Positions 50,813 to 61,320 are shown, counted from the stretch's first letter. The stretch is 64,000 nt of DNA from Clostridia bacterium (GCA_016287565.1 JAEFAM010000005.1:11229-75228), one strand, 5' to 3'. Notes: generated by a model not told the origin, from the letters alone. A program made the numbers and translations.

Positions 50813-51660
50813 AAGAATTACCGGAAGCGCTGCAAAAAAAATCGAGGCTGGCCGGCGTCAACGACCAGAAAGTGAAAGACGCCCGTGATATGCTGCTGGG
50901 CCGGTACAAAGGCGACGACGGGCTTTTTATTTGCGAAGGCCTCTGGGCCGCGGAAAAGCTGCTCTCGAAGGGGCTGGAGATCGAAACGGTATATTACGAT
51001 TCCGTTTATTTTTCTCCCGAGGGAAAATGCACGGAGGAAGAGCTGAGGCAGTTGACGGCGGTGGCCGGCGCGGCGGCGGAAGTATTGTCCGTTTCTCCGA
51101 AAGCATGCGCCAGGATCAGCGACAGGGACGGAGCGGACGTTTGCTTCATCGTGGCAAGATTGCCCGAATACGACCCTGAAGCGCTGGAGCTCCGGGACGA
51201 TATGCTCGTAATGATACTCGACGGGCAGGAGCAGCCGGGCAATATCGGGGCGATCCTGAGGTCTCTTGACGCGGCGGGAGGCGATTTCGCCATCGTCACA
51301 CACAGGCGCGTGAAACTCACCCACCCCCGCCTGATCCGTTCCAGCCTGGGCAGCGCGTTTATGATGCCCTTCTTCGAGATGCCCTTCGAAAAACTTACGG
51401 CGTGGCTGCAGGACAAAGGCTTCCGCACCGTGCTCACCGACCTCACCGCCACTAAAAATTTCTGCGATATCTCCCCCAAAGGCCGCATCGCCGTGGTGGC
51501 GGGCAACGAGCATACCGGCATCTCTCCGGAATGGCGGGAAATAAAAGGATCCGAGCCGGTGATAATACCGATGCTCGGATCTGTGGAATCTCTCAACGTA
51601 GGCTTCGCCTCCACGCTGGTGGCGTACAATATCGGGCTCAGGCAGAAGGGCCTGATGTGA
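50809..51660 (+). CDS. TrmH/SpoU family RNA 2'-O-methyltransferase (TsnR-like N-terminus)
   Basis: FICEG, PGNIGAILRS, IRSSLG, GNEHTGI, IPMLGSVESLNV. Confidence 0.92.
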   Translation: MKELPEALQKKSRLAGVNDQKVKDARDMLLGRYKGDDGLFICEGLWAAEKLLSKGLEIETVYYDSVYFSPEGKCTEEELRQLTAVAGAAAEVLSVSPKACARISDRDGADVCFIVARLPEYDPEALELRDDMLVMILDGQEQPGNIGAILRSLDAAGGDFAIVTHRRVKLTHPRLIRSSLGSAFMMPFFEMPFEKLTAWLQDKGFRTVLTDLTATKNFCDISPKGRIAVVAGNEHTGISPEWREIKGSEPVIIPMLGSVESLNVGFASTLVAYNIGLRQKGLM

Positions 51661-51717
51661 CCGGAAGCCGCTTGATACGGAAGACAGTGCACGTCCGCGC
51701 CGAACCGGAGTCCCTTA

Positions 51718-53058
51718 TCACCAGTAATCCTTCAGATGGCCGCTCCGTCTCCCCTGGCGGAGCTTTCTTTTTGCCTTGGCCTCTATCTGACGGATGCGTT
51801 CCCGGGTCACGTTGAAATAGCGTCCCACCTCTTCCAGCGTATGCTCCACGCCGTCCTCGAAGCCGAAGCGCATCATTATGACCTTGCGTTCTTTTTCGCT
51901 CAAAGTGTCAAGAACTTTTACGATCTCTTCTCCCAGGATGGAATTGGCGGCGATATCGAAGGGCGAAGGCGCCTCGTCGGCGATCGTATCGCCTCTCACT
52001 CTGTCCTCGTCGTCGCCCAGAGGATCGTCGAAGGAGACCACGTCCTGGCTCGCGGCCATCATCCTGACAACTTTATCTTCGGGAATGTTCAACTCTTCCG
52101 CCAGTTCTTTATAGGAGGGTTCCCTGCCCAGCTTCTGGGTAAGTGATCTGGAGACGCGGTTCAGCCTGTTCATTGACTCCACCATATGCACCGGGATCCT
52201 TATGATCCTGGTCTGGTCCGCTATCGCCCGGCCGATGGCCTGGCGTATCCACCAGGTGGCGTAGGTGCTGAACCTGTAGCCTTTGCGGTAGTCGTATTTC
52301 TCCACGGCGCGCATCAGGCCGATATTGCCCTCCTGAATCAGATCGAGGAGCCCCAGGCCCTTGCCCATATAATGTTTGGCCACGCTGACCACCAGGCGCA
52401 GGTTGCTCTCGGCCAGCACGTTCTTGGCCGCTTCGTCTCCGTTCTCGATCCGGATCGCCAGTTCCTGCTCCTCCTCTGCGGTGAGCAGAGGGATATTGCC
52501 GATCTCCCGCAGGTAAAGGCGCACGTGGTCTTCCAGGCCGAAGCCTTCTATCAGGTGCTCGAAATCGCCGTTTTCGTCGCTTTTAGGTATGGGATCCTCT
52601 TTTTCGGGGGCAACGGCTACGCGGATGCCGTTTCCGGCGATCACGTCGTACAGCCGGTCGGCAACGTCTCCGCTCAGCTGCACGTCCTCGGTCACCGCTG
52701 CGATCTCGTCCACCGTCACGTACCCGCGCATCCTGCCGCTGTGAAGCAGGCGCAGCACTTCCTCGCTGCCCTCGAAGAGCCCTGCGTCAACAAAATCCGC
52801 CGCCTCTCCCGCGCTGGCGAACACCGCCGCGGGAAGCTCTTCGGGGCTCTTTTCATCTTCGGACAAGGAATTTTCAGAGAATACGAGCGCGTCGACCCCG
52901 TTAAAATAAGAGAATTTATCGGGATCGAACCTATCGCCGTTGACCTCGCCGGATCGCTCTTCCTCCCTCAGGAGTTCATCGTCCGGCTCGATCCAGCCCA
53001 GGTCCTCTTCATTGTCCGCGCAAGCTCCGCCGGGACGGATATTTTCGCCGTCAGACAT
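51718..53058 (-). CDS. Second RpoD/SigA-like sigma-70 factor (tandem paralogue)
   Basis: [63 protein letters not shown]. Confidence 0.93.
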   Translation of the reverse strand: MSDGENIRPGGACADNEEDLGWIEPDDELLREEERSGEVNGDRFDPDKFSYFNGVDALVFSENSLSEDEKSPEELPAAVFASAGEAADFVDAGLFEGSEEVLRLLHSGRMRGYVTVDEIAAVTEDVQLSGDVADRLYDVIAGNGIRVAVAPEKEDPIPKSDENGDFEHLIEGFGLEDHVRLYLREIGNIPLLTAEEEQELAIRIENGDEAAKNVLAESNLRLVVSVAKHYMGKGLGLLDLIQEGNIGLMRAVEKYDYRKGYRFSTYATWWIRQAIGRAIADQTRIIRIPVHMVESMNRLNRVSRSLTQKLGREPSYKELAEELNIPEDKVVRMMAASQDVVSFDDPLGDDEDRVRGDTIADEAPSPFDIAANSILGEEIVKVLDTLSEKERKVIMMRFGFEDGVEHTLEEVGRYFNVTRERIRQIEAKAKRKLRQGRRSGHLKDYW

Positions 53059-53145
53059 ACGTCAGTTTCCTTCTTATATACTTTCTTAAAACGTGACCGG
53101 CCGCAGGGCGGAATGGAAAAAGGGAGGCGTCCGCGGCGGACTTTC

Positions 53146-55605
53146 TTACTCGTAGAAATCCTTGAGCTTCTTGCTTCTGTTGGGATTCTTAAGCTTTCTG
53201 ATGGCTTTCGCCTCTATCTGCCTGATGCGCTCCCTGGTGACGTTGAATTCCTTGCCCACTTCTTCCAGAGTACGCTGCCTGCCATCTTCCAGGCCGAAGC
53301 GGAGTTTCAGCACCCGCTGTTCCCTGTCGGTAAGCGTCTCCAGCACTTCCATAAGCTGTTCGTGAAGCAGCGTCTGGGCGGCGCTGTCGGAGGGTGAAGG
53401 AGAGCTTTCGTCCTTGATGAAGTCGCCGATGTGGCTGTCTTCTTCTTCGCCTACGGGAGACTCCAGGGAGACGGTGTCCTGGGAATATTTCATTATCTCC
53501 CGGACTTTATATACGGGCATGCCCAGTTCTTCCGCGATCTGCTCGGAAGTGGGATCCTTGCCCAGCCTCTGCGCCAGCTCCCGGGAAGTCCTTTTCAGCT
53601 TGTTGATGTTTTCGTTCATGTGCACCGGGATGCGGATGGTGTTTGACTGGTCCGCGATGGCCCTGGTGATGGACTGCCTGATCCACCAGGTGGCGTAGGT
53701 ACTGAACTTGCAGCCTTTTCTGTAGTCGAATTTGTCCACCACTTTGAGAAGGCCCAGGTTGCCCTCCTGGATCAGATCCAGGAACTGCATTCCCTTGCCC
53801 ACGTAGTGTTTGGCGATGCTGACCACCAGGCGAAGGTTGGCTTCGTACAGCCTGTTTTTGGCGTTCTCGTCCCCTTCTTCCACCTTCTTGGCCAGTTCGA
53901 TCTCTTCCTCGGCGGTGAGCAGCGGCACTTTTCCGATCTCTTTCAGGTACATCCTGACGTGGTCTTCGAGCCCAACGCCCTCGGTGAATTCGTCGTAGCC
54001 GTGCTCGTACAGCTTTTCGGAGGCGCCGTTTTCGTCAACGATCCTGATCCCCAGCCTGAGGCACAGATCGTACAGCTTTTCCACCGATTCCGCGTCAAGG
54101 TCGATCTCGCCGGTGACCTGGTTGAAGTCTTCTACGGTGATGGAGCCCGTCACCCGGCCCTGCTTCAGCATCTGCATGACCTGAACGTTGTCCTCGAAGA
54201 TGCCCAGCTCCATTTTTTCCAGGTTTTCCTCTTCGTATTCGCCGTCGATCTCGTCTTCGTAATCGCCTTTTTTCGCTCTGGTGCTGCCGGCGTCATACTC
54301 GTGGTCCAGCTCGGCGATCTTGTTGAGGTCAATGGAATCCAGATCCATTTCTTCTTTTTCCAGTTCCTTGTCCTCTTCGAGATTGGCGTAGTCCGGCTCG
54401 ATCTCGTCTTCGTTTTCCTCGTCTTCGTCCTCGTCTTCTTCCGGGTCGATGCCAATGAAGTCGTCTGCCAGGTCGTCATCGATACCCGTAAAGTCGTCTT
54501 CTTCGGGCGCGGCGGCAGGCTCCGGAGCGGGAGCCGCGGTTTCCGCGGTGGCTTCAGGAGCTTTTTCCTCAGGCTGCTCCTCTTTGGGAGCGGCATTTTC
54601 GGCCGGAACGATCTCCGGGGAAGCGGTTTCGGATGCATTCTCTTCTGCCTCTTTTGCCGCTTCGGCCGCAGGTAGTTCAGGTGCTTTTTCCTGCTTTTTA
54701 GCCTTTTTAGCGGAAGTTTTAGGCGCCGCTTTTTTGGCGGGCAAAGCTTCCGGGATTATTATTTCTACTTTTTCGGCAGCCGGCTTTTCTTCGGTTTTTT
54801 CAGACTTGGGCTTCGCTTCTGCCGCTTTTTCTTCGGGCTTCTCCTCAGGCTTTTCCTCGGGTTTTGCCTCGGTTTTCGCTTCGGCGGCCTTTTTCTCCTT
54901 TTTCTCGGCCTTTTTAGGCTCTGCCTTGGGCTCTGCGGCTTTCTTTTCAGCCTTTTTAGCCTCGGTTTTGGGCGCGGCTGATTTAGCCTCGGCCTTTTTA
55001 GGCTCCGGCTTCACTTCGGCGGCTTTTTCTTCGGGTTTCTCCTCGGGTTTTTCTTCGGCTTTCGCTTCTGCAGTCTTTTTCTCCGTCTTTTTAGGCTCTG
55101 CTTTGGGAGCTGCAGCTTTCTTCTCGGCCTTCCCGGGTTCGGGCTTTACTTCGACGGTCTTCGCTTCGACGGCTTTCTTTTCAGCCTTTTTGGGCTCAGG
55201 CTTTGCTTCGGTGGCTTTAACTTCGGCTTTTTTCGCCTCGGCCTTCTTCTCCGTCTTCTTAGGTTCGGCTTTAGGCGCGGCGGCTTTCGCTTCGGCCTTT
55301 TTAGGCTCGGCTTTAACCTCGGTCTTCTTTGCCTCGGCCTTCTTCGGCTCGGGCTTCGCCTCGACGGCCTTTTTCTCCGCCTTTTTAGCCTCCGCTTTAG
55401 GCGCAGCGGCTTTCGTCCCGGCAGCCTTGACGGCAGTTTTGGAAGCAGACGGTTTCTCCCCGGTTTTCGCAGGAGCGGTCTCTGCGGCAGCTTTGGCCGT
55501 CGCCTTCTTCGTCCTGGTTCTGGCCTCGGCAGTCTCCGCCGGAGCTTTCACCGTCTTTTTCGTTTCCTTTTCCGCGTCTTCAGCTTTCTTCTTAGTTGCT
55601 GCCAT
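53146..55605 (-). CDS. rpoD: Primary sigma factor RpoD/SigA with a very long low-complexity N-terminal extension
   Basis: Follows dnaG; regions 1.1, 1.2, 2, 3 and 4 present; [49 protein letters not shown]. Confidence 0.95.
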   Translation of the reverse strand: MAATKKKAEDAEKETKKTVKAPAETAEARTRTKKATAKAAAETAPAKTGEKPSASKTAVKAAGTKAAAPKAEAKKAEKKAVEAKPEPKKAEAKKTEVKAEPKKAEAKAAAPKAEPKKTEKKAEAKKAEVKATEAKPEPKKAEKKAVEAKTVEVKPEPGKAEKKAAAPKAEPKKTEKKTAEAKAEEKPEEKPEEKAAEVKPEPKKAEAKSAAPKTEAKKAEKKAAEPKAEPKKAEKKEKKAAEAKTEAKPEEKPEEKPEEKAAEAKPKSEKTEEKPAAEKVEIIIPEALPAKKAAPKTSAKKAKKQEKAPELPAAEAAKEAEENASETASPEIVPAENAAPKEEQPEEKAPEATAETAAPAPEPAAAPEEDDFTGIDDDLADDFIGIDPEEDEDEDEENEDEIEPDYANLEEDKELEKEEMDLDSIDLNKIAELDHEYDAGSTRAKKGDYEDEIDGEYEEENLEKMELGIFEDNVQVMQMLKQGRVTGSITVEDFNQVTGEIDLDAESVEKLYDLCLRLGIRIVDENGASEKLYEHGYDEFTEGVGLEDHVRMYLKEIGKVPLLTAEEEIELAKKVEEGDENAKNRLYEANLRLVVSIAKHYVGKGMQFLDLIQEGNLGLLKVVDKFDYRKGCKFSTYATWWIRQSITRAIADQSNTIRIPVHMNENINKLKRTSRELAQRLGKDPTSEQIAEELGMPVYKVREIMKYSQDTVSLESPVGEEEDSHIGDFIKDESSPSPSDSAAQTLLHEQLMEVLETLTDREQRVLKLRFGLEDGRQRTLEEVGKEFNVTRERIRQIEAKAIRKLKNPNRSKKLKDFYE
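54500..55590 (-). repeat. Degenerate coding repeats (A/K/E/P-rich) in the rpoD N-terminus
   Basis: Many EPKKAE(K/A)K units; [12 protein letters not shown] x2; [14 protein letters not shown] x2. Confidence 0.85.
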
Positions 55606-55673
55606 ACGTATCGATCCTTTCCCCGGGGATCCTTCCCCGGATCAGAGGGCAGAAAAACCTGCCGGAAGTATTA

Positions 55674-57491
55674 TTAAGCCCTGTTTCTCAGCACGAGTTC
55701 GTTGAGCTGCTTCATAAGCCTGCTCTTCTCCACCGGGTCCGAAGCCCTGCGGAACTTGTCCGATAAAACAGAATAGTCATATTTGAAACGGTACTTTTCA
55801 AGATTCTTTTGTAACTCCGCCAGAGTGGTCTGGCTTCCAACCTGGTCAAATTCGTCCGTAAGCTCGGAGGCCAGCCCGGTGGGACAATCCTCCAGGAGCG
55901 TATCCCGCCCGATGGCGTACCCGTTAATATACCACGAATGCACTTTATTAGCAAGATTTTTGTTGTCCTCGAACCTGAGATCTTCTCTCAGCCGGTCAAT
56001 TACCGAGGGGATCTCGGAGGGGTTGTCCGCCAGATAGATCAGCATCCTTTTTTCTGTCTTGTCCAGCTGCTTTCCTTCCGGAGAAAGCGGCCTCGGCCCC
56101 TCTTCCGGTTCCGCGGCGTTGCCCTCCTGCGAATACCTGACGCGCTTGTAAGCCGTCTTGGCCCTCTCGTCGGTGACTTCGCCGCCGCCGGCGACTTTTG
56201 CGTCCACGTCCTGCCTAAGCGACAGTTCGTCGATGCCGTAGCGCTCAGATACTTTGGTGATATACGTGCTCCTGACGGAAGCGGAAGGCTCTTCGGATAT
56301 GATCCTGACGGTCTGCCTTAAAAAGTCCGGAAGCGTGGCGCCGGAATCCGGAGGATACCTGCCTGCGGCCAGTTCGATCTTGAAATCCACCAGCGTCTCC
56401 GCCTTTTCAACGCATTTGATGAACTCTTCGGGAGAGTGCTTGCGCAGGAACTCGTCCGGGTCCTTGACCTCTTTGTCGACCACGCCCAGCTTCAGGATAC
56501 GCACCCTGAGGCCCTGGGATGAAAGTATCTCCATCCCCCTGACCGTGGCGGTCTGGCCTGCGGCGTCGCTGTCGTATCCTATAATGACTTCTTCAAAATA
56601 TCTTTTCATCAGCCTCGCCTGGCCCAGGGTGAGAGACGTTCCCAGGGAGGCCACGGCCCAGTTTATGCCTTTCTGGTGGAGCGCGATGGCGTCCATATAC
56701 CCCTCTACCACGATCACCTGCTTAGAGCCGGATCTCCTGGCGAAATTCAGGGCGTACAGATGGCTGCCTTTATTGTACGCAGGCGTCTCGGGGGAATTCA
56801 TATATTTGGGCTTGGAATCGTCCATCACCCTGCCTCCGAAGGCGATCACCCTGCCGGTCTCGTCGAATATGGGGAACATGACTCTGTTCCTGAAGCGGTC
56901 GTAATAAGTGCCCTTTTCGCTGCGCATCGACAGGCCCGCGGACACCATCAGTTCGCCTGAAACTCCCAGAGGCCCGTAGGTGCAGGTCTTGGTCAACTGA
57001 TCCCAGCTGTCCGGGGCGAATCCCAGCCCGAACTGGTCGATTATGTTCTGGGAAAGGCCTCTGCGGGCAATATACTCCCTGCCTTCCGCGGACCTGGCCA
57101 GTCCGTCAACGAAGAATTTCTGCGCCCTGTTGTTCAGCGAAAGTATGTCGTTCCGGAGCTTGGACCTATCGTCATCCTGCCTGTCTCCGCCTTCGTATCT
57201 CAGCTCCACTCCCGCCCGTTTGGCCAGGAACTCTATGCTTCTCACGTAGTCGAGATTTTCGGCCAGCATAATGAACTGGACGACGCCGCCGCCTTTGCCG
57301 CAGCCGAAGCATTTGAATATGCGCCTGCTCTCGTTGACGTTGAAAGAAGGCGTTTTTTCGTTGTGGAACGGACAGAGCCCGGTATAGTTTGCCCCGGAGC
57401 GCTTTAACTTTACGTATTCGCTCACGACTGACACTATATCGTTCTTCTCGATCACTTCTTCGATCTGCGCCTGTGGGATCCTTCCGGCCAT
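55674..57491 (-). CDS. dnaG: DNA primase
   Basis: CPFH..CFGC Zn finger, DRFRNRVMFPI, KYMNSPET, VEGYMD, YDSDAAG (TOPRIM), KDPDE. Confidence 0.98.
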   Translation of the reverse strand: MAGRIPQAQIEEVIEKNDIVSVVSEYVKLKRSGANYTGLCPFHNEKTPSFNVNESRRIFKCFGCGKGGGVVQFIMLAENLDYVRSIEFLAKRAGVELRYEGGDRQDDDRSKLRNDILSLNNRAQKFFVDGLARSAEGREYIARRGLSQNIIDQFGLGFAPDSWDQLTKTCTYGPLGVSGELMVSAGLSMRSEKGTYYDRFRNRVMFPIFDETGRVIAFGGRVMDDSKPKYMNSPETPAYNKGSHLYALNFARRSGSKQVIVVEGYMDAIALHQKGINWAVASLGTSLTLGQARLMKRYFEEVIIGYDSDAAGQTATVRGMEILSSQGLRVRILKLGVVDKEVKDPDEFLRKHSPEEFIKCVEKAETLVDFKIELAAGRYPPDSGATLPDFLRQTVRIISEEPSASVRSTYITKVSERYGIDELSLRQDVDAKVAGGGEVTDERAKTAYKRVRYSQEGNAAEPEEGPRPLSPEGKQLDKTEKRMLIYLADNPSEIPSVIDRLREDLRFEDNKNLANKVHSWYINGYAIGRDTLLEDCPTGLASELTDEFDQVGSQTTLAELQKNLEKYRFKYDYSVLSDKFRRASDPVEKSRLMKQLNELVLRNRA

Positions 57492-57556
57492 CTCTGCCTG
57501 CTTTCTCTGCGTTGTCTACGCCGTCTGTTCTGTATAAATTTCTGTTTTCTGGCTCC

Positions 57557-58678
57557 TCAGCCTATCCGGAGGGGCACGTCTTCTGCCATATCCGCGGCTT
57601 TTTCCTCCGCCAGCGCTTCCCTCACGGCCCTGGACAGTTCTTTGTCTTCGATATCCTCGAAGCTGAACTCCGATATGCCGCTTAAGTATACCACGTAGAC
57701 GTTCCCTTCATAGGCCAGCGCATACGCCGAGCCTTCGTGAGCTTCGGCTTCCTCCAGCACTTTGGCGTAAAGGCCGGAATACTGCCTGCCGCAATAAAGT
57801 ACCGCGTGGCCCGCGTCGTCTCCGTCGGGATACAGCTCGGAAAACCGCTCCGAGAGCGCATCCGCCGCGCCGCTCCTGTCTCCGGAGCCGTTGACCTCCG
57901 CCGCCAGCTCTGCAGCCTCCGCCAGGGCACCGTCCGCGTTTTCCGGAGAGGAGGCGGTCAATACCACCGTGATCTCCCTGTAGTCGTAACCGCTCCGGTG
58001 GGCATCGTACCAGTCCCATACTTCCTGATCCGCAAGCTCCGACAACGCCTTTTCACGAAGCGCGCCCAGATATTTGACGGTGACGGCCTGCTGGTATTTT
58101 ATTATAGCATATTCTTCAGGATCCACGCCGTAAATAAATTCAGAGAACTGTCTGGTATCGTACAGATCGTATTCCCTGTCGTAGGCGGTCCTGACCTCAT
58201 CTTCCGTAAGATAAGTCAAATAAAGCTCGTCGGCAGCGGTCCTGCGTATTTCTTCCGCTTCTTCCGGGTCGAGACCGCAGCCCGCCTTCAGCGCCGCCGC
58301 GAACCGTTTCTTCACCGTGGTCAACCTGTCGACGAGCTCCGCGTCTTCGAGAGTAATCTCTCCTTTGTTCCCGTAATATCTGATTTCGCAGGAAAGCACG
58401 TGGCGCAGGAGCATATACGCGTCGCTCCCCTCCTCCGTCTCCGGAAGCTGAAACCACTCTTCGTATATCACGTCCGCGGCAATTATATCCGCCCCGGCTT
58501 CTTCGTTTTTCACGCCGCATCCCGCCGACATCGCCGTCGTCGCCGCCAGCAGGAGCAGCGTCAATACCCTCAAGGCCCGCCGGGCCGAAAGCGCGCGTTC
58601 CGCTCCCCTGCCTTCCGCTCCGGAGGCAGGTCCCGAAAACGATCTCTTATCAGGGAATGATCTCATTGACCGCACCAC
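57557..58678 (-). CDS. Hypothetical lipoprotein, possibly PrsA/SurA-like foldase (start uncertain)
   Basis: Hydrophobic segment plus SAGC lipobox; acidic helical body; EVWDWYDAHRSGY resembles the PrsA linker; no clear parvulin motif. Confidence 0.5.
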   Translation of the reverse strand: MVRSMRSFPDKRSFSGPASGAEGRGAERALSARRALRVLTLLLLAATTAMSAGCGVKNEEAGADIIAADVIYEEWFQLPETEEGSDAYMLLRHVLSCEIRYYGNKGEITLEDAELVDRLTTVKKRFAAALKAGCGLDPEEAEEIRRTAADELYLTYLTEDEVRTAYDREYDLYDTRQFSEFIYGVDPEEYAIIKYQQAVTVKYLGALREKALSELADQEVWDWYDAHRSGYDYREITVVLTASSPENADGALAEAAELAAEVNGSGDRSGAADALSERFSELYPDGDDAGHAVLYCGRQYSGLYAKVLEEAEAHEGSAYALAYEGNVYVVYLSGISEFSFEDIEDKELSRAVREALAEEKAADMAEDVPLRIG

Positions 58679-58708
58679 CGCACCGGCCCCCGGGACCGGG
58701 CCCGCTGA

Positions 58709-59641
58709 TCAGTCGTCGAACACGGACAACTGGAATTCGTTCAGGATATCGATGAACGAGGCTCTGTACTTGTCGTATGCGGCAGGTACCGTCCCCTCGG
58801 AGATATCGCACTTGCTCTCAAACGTGATCACCAGATAATTGGAGCTTCTGGCGACTATATAGACATCGGTCTTATAGGCCTCGGTTGCCTCCCCGATGCC
58901 CGCCGTATGCGAATACGTGAACCATTTGAAGGTATAGCCGTATCGCCCGGTCTTAAGTTCCTTGATCTCGCCCACGTTGGCGGTGTACCTGACCACGTAG
59001 TCGTAATAGGTGGCTTCCGCGCAGACGTCCAGCAGCCGGATGTCCGTATTGACCGCGCTGCCCTGCTGAAGGTCTCCGGTGGCGGAGGATGCGGTGTCTG
59101 CGGTGGCGCCGGTGGCCTCGGGGGCCCGGGTCGCGTTGACGCTGAGGTCGCCTGAAGCTTCCGGCTCTTCTTCCGGCTCCTGCCCGGCGTTCAGCATCTC
59201 CTCGGTGTATTCCCTGTAGTAAAACCTGGCGGTGACGGAAGGATCCCGGACCTTGTCGTAGACGATCACGGCTGTGGCGGAAGGATCCGCATCGGGAGCG
59301 GGAGTCACGGGATCGGCGTATACGAGAGGATACATCTGGGCAACTTCGCCCGTTTCCGTATCGGTCATAAATCCGAAATCGCCGCCTTCCACGGCCCATT
59401 TGTCCTCCGGATAGTAGATGCGGAAGAAATACCTGGAAGCGTTGTACATCGTGGAATATTTGTGCTCTTCCTGAGGCGCCTCGAAAATGTTCTTCAGATT
59501 CTCGAAATCGATATTGTCCTTGATGACGCGGACGCCCATGATCGCTACCATAACGACGGCAAATAAAAGCAGCATCGATACTATCGTGCGCTTTCTCTCA
59601 TGCCATATTTCGTTGTAGGATTTGACGTATTTCTTTTTCAT
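58709..59641 (-). CDS. Membrane-anchored hypothetical protein, possibly PsbP/DcrB-like fold
   Basis: N-terminal TM; FRIYYPEDKW and C-terminal LVITFE..YDKY..FIDILNEFQL pattern; upstream TTTACA-18-TATAAT at 59668-59697. Confidence 0.55.
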   Translation of the reverse strand: MKKKYVKSYNEIWHERKRTIVSMLLLFAVVMVAIMGVRVIKDNIDFENLKNIFEAPQEEHKYSTMYNASRYFFRIYYPEDKWAVEGGDFGFMTDTETGEVAQMYPLVYADPVTPAPDADPSATAVIVYDKVRDPSVTARFYYREYTEEMLNAGQEPEEEPEASGDLSVNATRAPEATGATADTASSATGDLQQGSAVNTDIRLLDVCAEATYYDYVVRYTANVGEIKELKTGRYGYTFKWFTYSHTAGIGEATEAYKTDVYIVARSSNYLVITFESKCDISEGTVPAAYDKYRASFIDILNEFQLSVFDD

Positions 59642-59757
59642 CTCCGGCTGCGATCCTCCTTCCGCGTATTATACCATTTTAAGGGGTCGTTTGTAAAGCC
59701 GAAGAGGCCTTTTCCGGTCGATACATAAGAGGCCGTTTCAGGTCCGTTTCTCCGCTC

Positions 59758-61173
59758 TTATTTTTCTATCCCCCAGCCTTCCACCAGGGCAACCGCGTTC
59801 CTGTACCGGTCAACGCAGTAGGTGCGGAAATATATGCCGTTTTCCTCCACGTCGCATATGCAGAAAGTCGGACCTGACATCAGTTCGGACACGGCGGTCA
59901 ATATCTCCGGCATGTCTCTGAAGCCTTTGTTATGCTGCTTGACGCCCGAAGCGCCCGGCATGAAATAGAACACTCCGGATCCGTTCTCACCGTCTTCGCC
60001 GGACAGTTTGAACGCGGTCACCTCTTCGCCGTCTATGGTTTTGACCGAAGTAGAATAATCGACTTTCACCAGGCCGCCTCCCGTCGCCGGTTCGGAGCGG
60101 AAATAGTAATGGTCGTGGCCTTCCAGCACCACGTCCACGCCGTATTCCTCGAATAGAGGCAGGAGCTGGGCCCTTATCTCAGTTATTTCGGAATCGTCCG
60201 CGTGGTTCCTGTCGGAATAGGGCGCTTTGTGGATAAGCACGATGCGGTGCGCGGCGCCCCGGGCGCTGTCGGAGGACAGATCCTTGGTGAGCCATTTTAT
60301 CTGGGACTTCGAAAGGTCCTTGCTGCCGTCGCCCGTATTCAGCACCGAGAAGTGCACGTTCATATAGTCGAAAGAATAATAACCGTTGAGGCCCGTGACG
60401 CCGCCCTGGGTGCCAAGGAGGAAATAATCCAGAAAAACTTCGTCGTCTTTATTGCCCGCCACAGGGACGGTGGTCAGGTCCGCCAGGCCGGAAGCCAGGG
60501 TGAAATAGGACTCCCAGAGAAGGGCGTTGTCCTGGTTTTCCGTAAAATCTCCCAGATGGACCATAAAAGCGGGAGCTTCGCACTGCTCGGACGCCTTGCG
60601 GAACGCCGCGGCCCAGAACTCGTAGTCGCTCTTTACGAAGCCCTGCGTATCCGCAACTATTATGAAGGAAAAGCCTCCGGTGTCTGCAAGAGTCCCCTCG
60701 GGAGCGGTTGTGAAGGTGTGAGAAGCGCTCCAGTTCTTTCCGTCTCCCACACGGTAAAGATAGGTGGCGCCGGGCTCGAGCCCGTCTACGTATACCCCGT
60801 GCCTGTACAGAGTCACCTGCTCCAGCTTCCCGGAAGCGGAATTTTCTTCTCCCTCTTTGGGACAATTGGTTTCAAAAGCGTCCGTAAAACCTATAGAGCT
60901 CGCCGCCCTGCTCTGGTCGAAGGCACTGCCGGGCTCCGCGTCGGAGATATAATACTCCACCACCGCTTCGCATTCGGCTTTAGTGAACCAGGAAAAATTC
61001 TTCTGGGTGCGTGGATCGTCTCCGAAGGTCAGCGCCAGGTCGAAGGGCGCGTTGCCCCCGTTTTCGCCTTTTTGGGGGAGCGACGCCACAATAAATACCA
61101 CCGCGATGATCACGATGAGCAGTGCGATCACGGCGCCGAATATGATGATTTGCTTTTTGTTCTTCTGGTCCAT
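59758..61173 (-). CDS. Membrane-anchored metallophosphoesterase (purple-acid-phosphatase-like, FN3 N-domain)
   Basis: N-terminal TM; [13 protein letters not shown]; ADTQ, HLGD, GNKD, HKAPY, GHDH. Confidence 0.88.
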   Translation of the reverse strand: MDQKNKKQIIIFGAVIALLIVIIAVVFIVASLPQKGENGGNAPFDLALTFGDDPRTQKNFSWFTKAECEAVVEYYISDAEPGSAFDQSRAASSIGFTDAFETNCPKEGEENSASGKLEQVTLYRHGVYVDGLEPGATYLYRVGDGKNWSASHTFTTAPEGTLADTGGFSFIIVADTQGFVKSDYEFWAAAFRKASEQCEAPAFMVHLGDFTENQDNALLWESYFTLASGLADLTTVPVAGNKDDEVFLDYFLLGTQGGVTGLNGYYSFDYMNVHFSVLNTGDGSKDLSKSQIKWLTKDLSSDSARGAAHRIVLIHKAPYSDRNHADDSEITEIRAQLLPLFEEYGVDVVLEGHDHYYFRSEPATGGGLVKVDYSTSVKTIDGEEVTAFKLSGEDGENGSGVFYFMPGASGVKQHNKGFRDMPEILTAVSELMSGPTFCICDVEENGIYFRTYCVDRYRNAVALVEGWGIEK

Positions 61174-61320
61174 TGACTGCCTCCTGAAGGGATCACGGCC
61201 GCAACGGTATGAATATAGCAGAAACGGACCGTTTTTTCAAGTGGGCGCCCGGAAACGTCCGGAAAGATGCTGCGTGCATATATTCAGCCGTTATTCATCT
61301 TTGCGTGAATGTTTTTCAAA

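Noticed and set aside
55612-55643. GATCCTT(T)CCCCGG x2 upstream of rpoD
   Set aside because: Two-copy local duplication around the RBS; too short to support a claim
54449-55705. 418-aa Ala/Phe/Ser-rich ORF resembling a membrane protein
   Set aside because: Reverse-complement reading of the Lys/Ala/Glu repeats of rpoD
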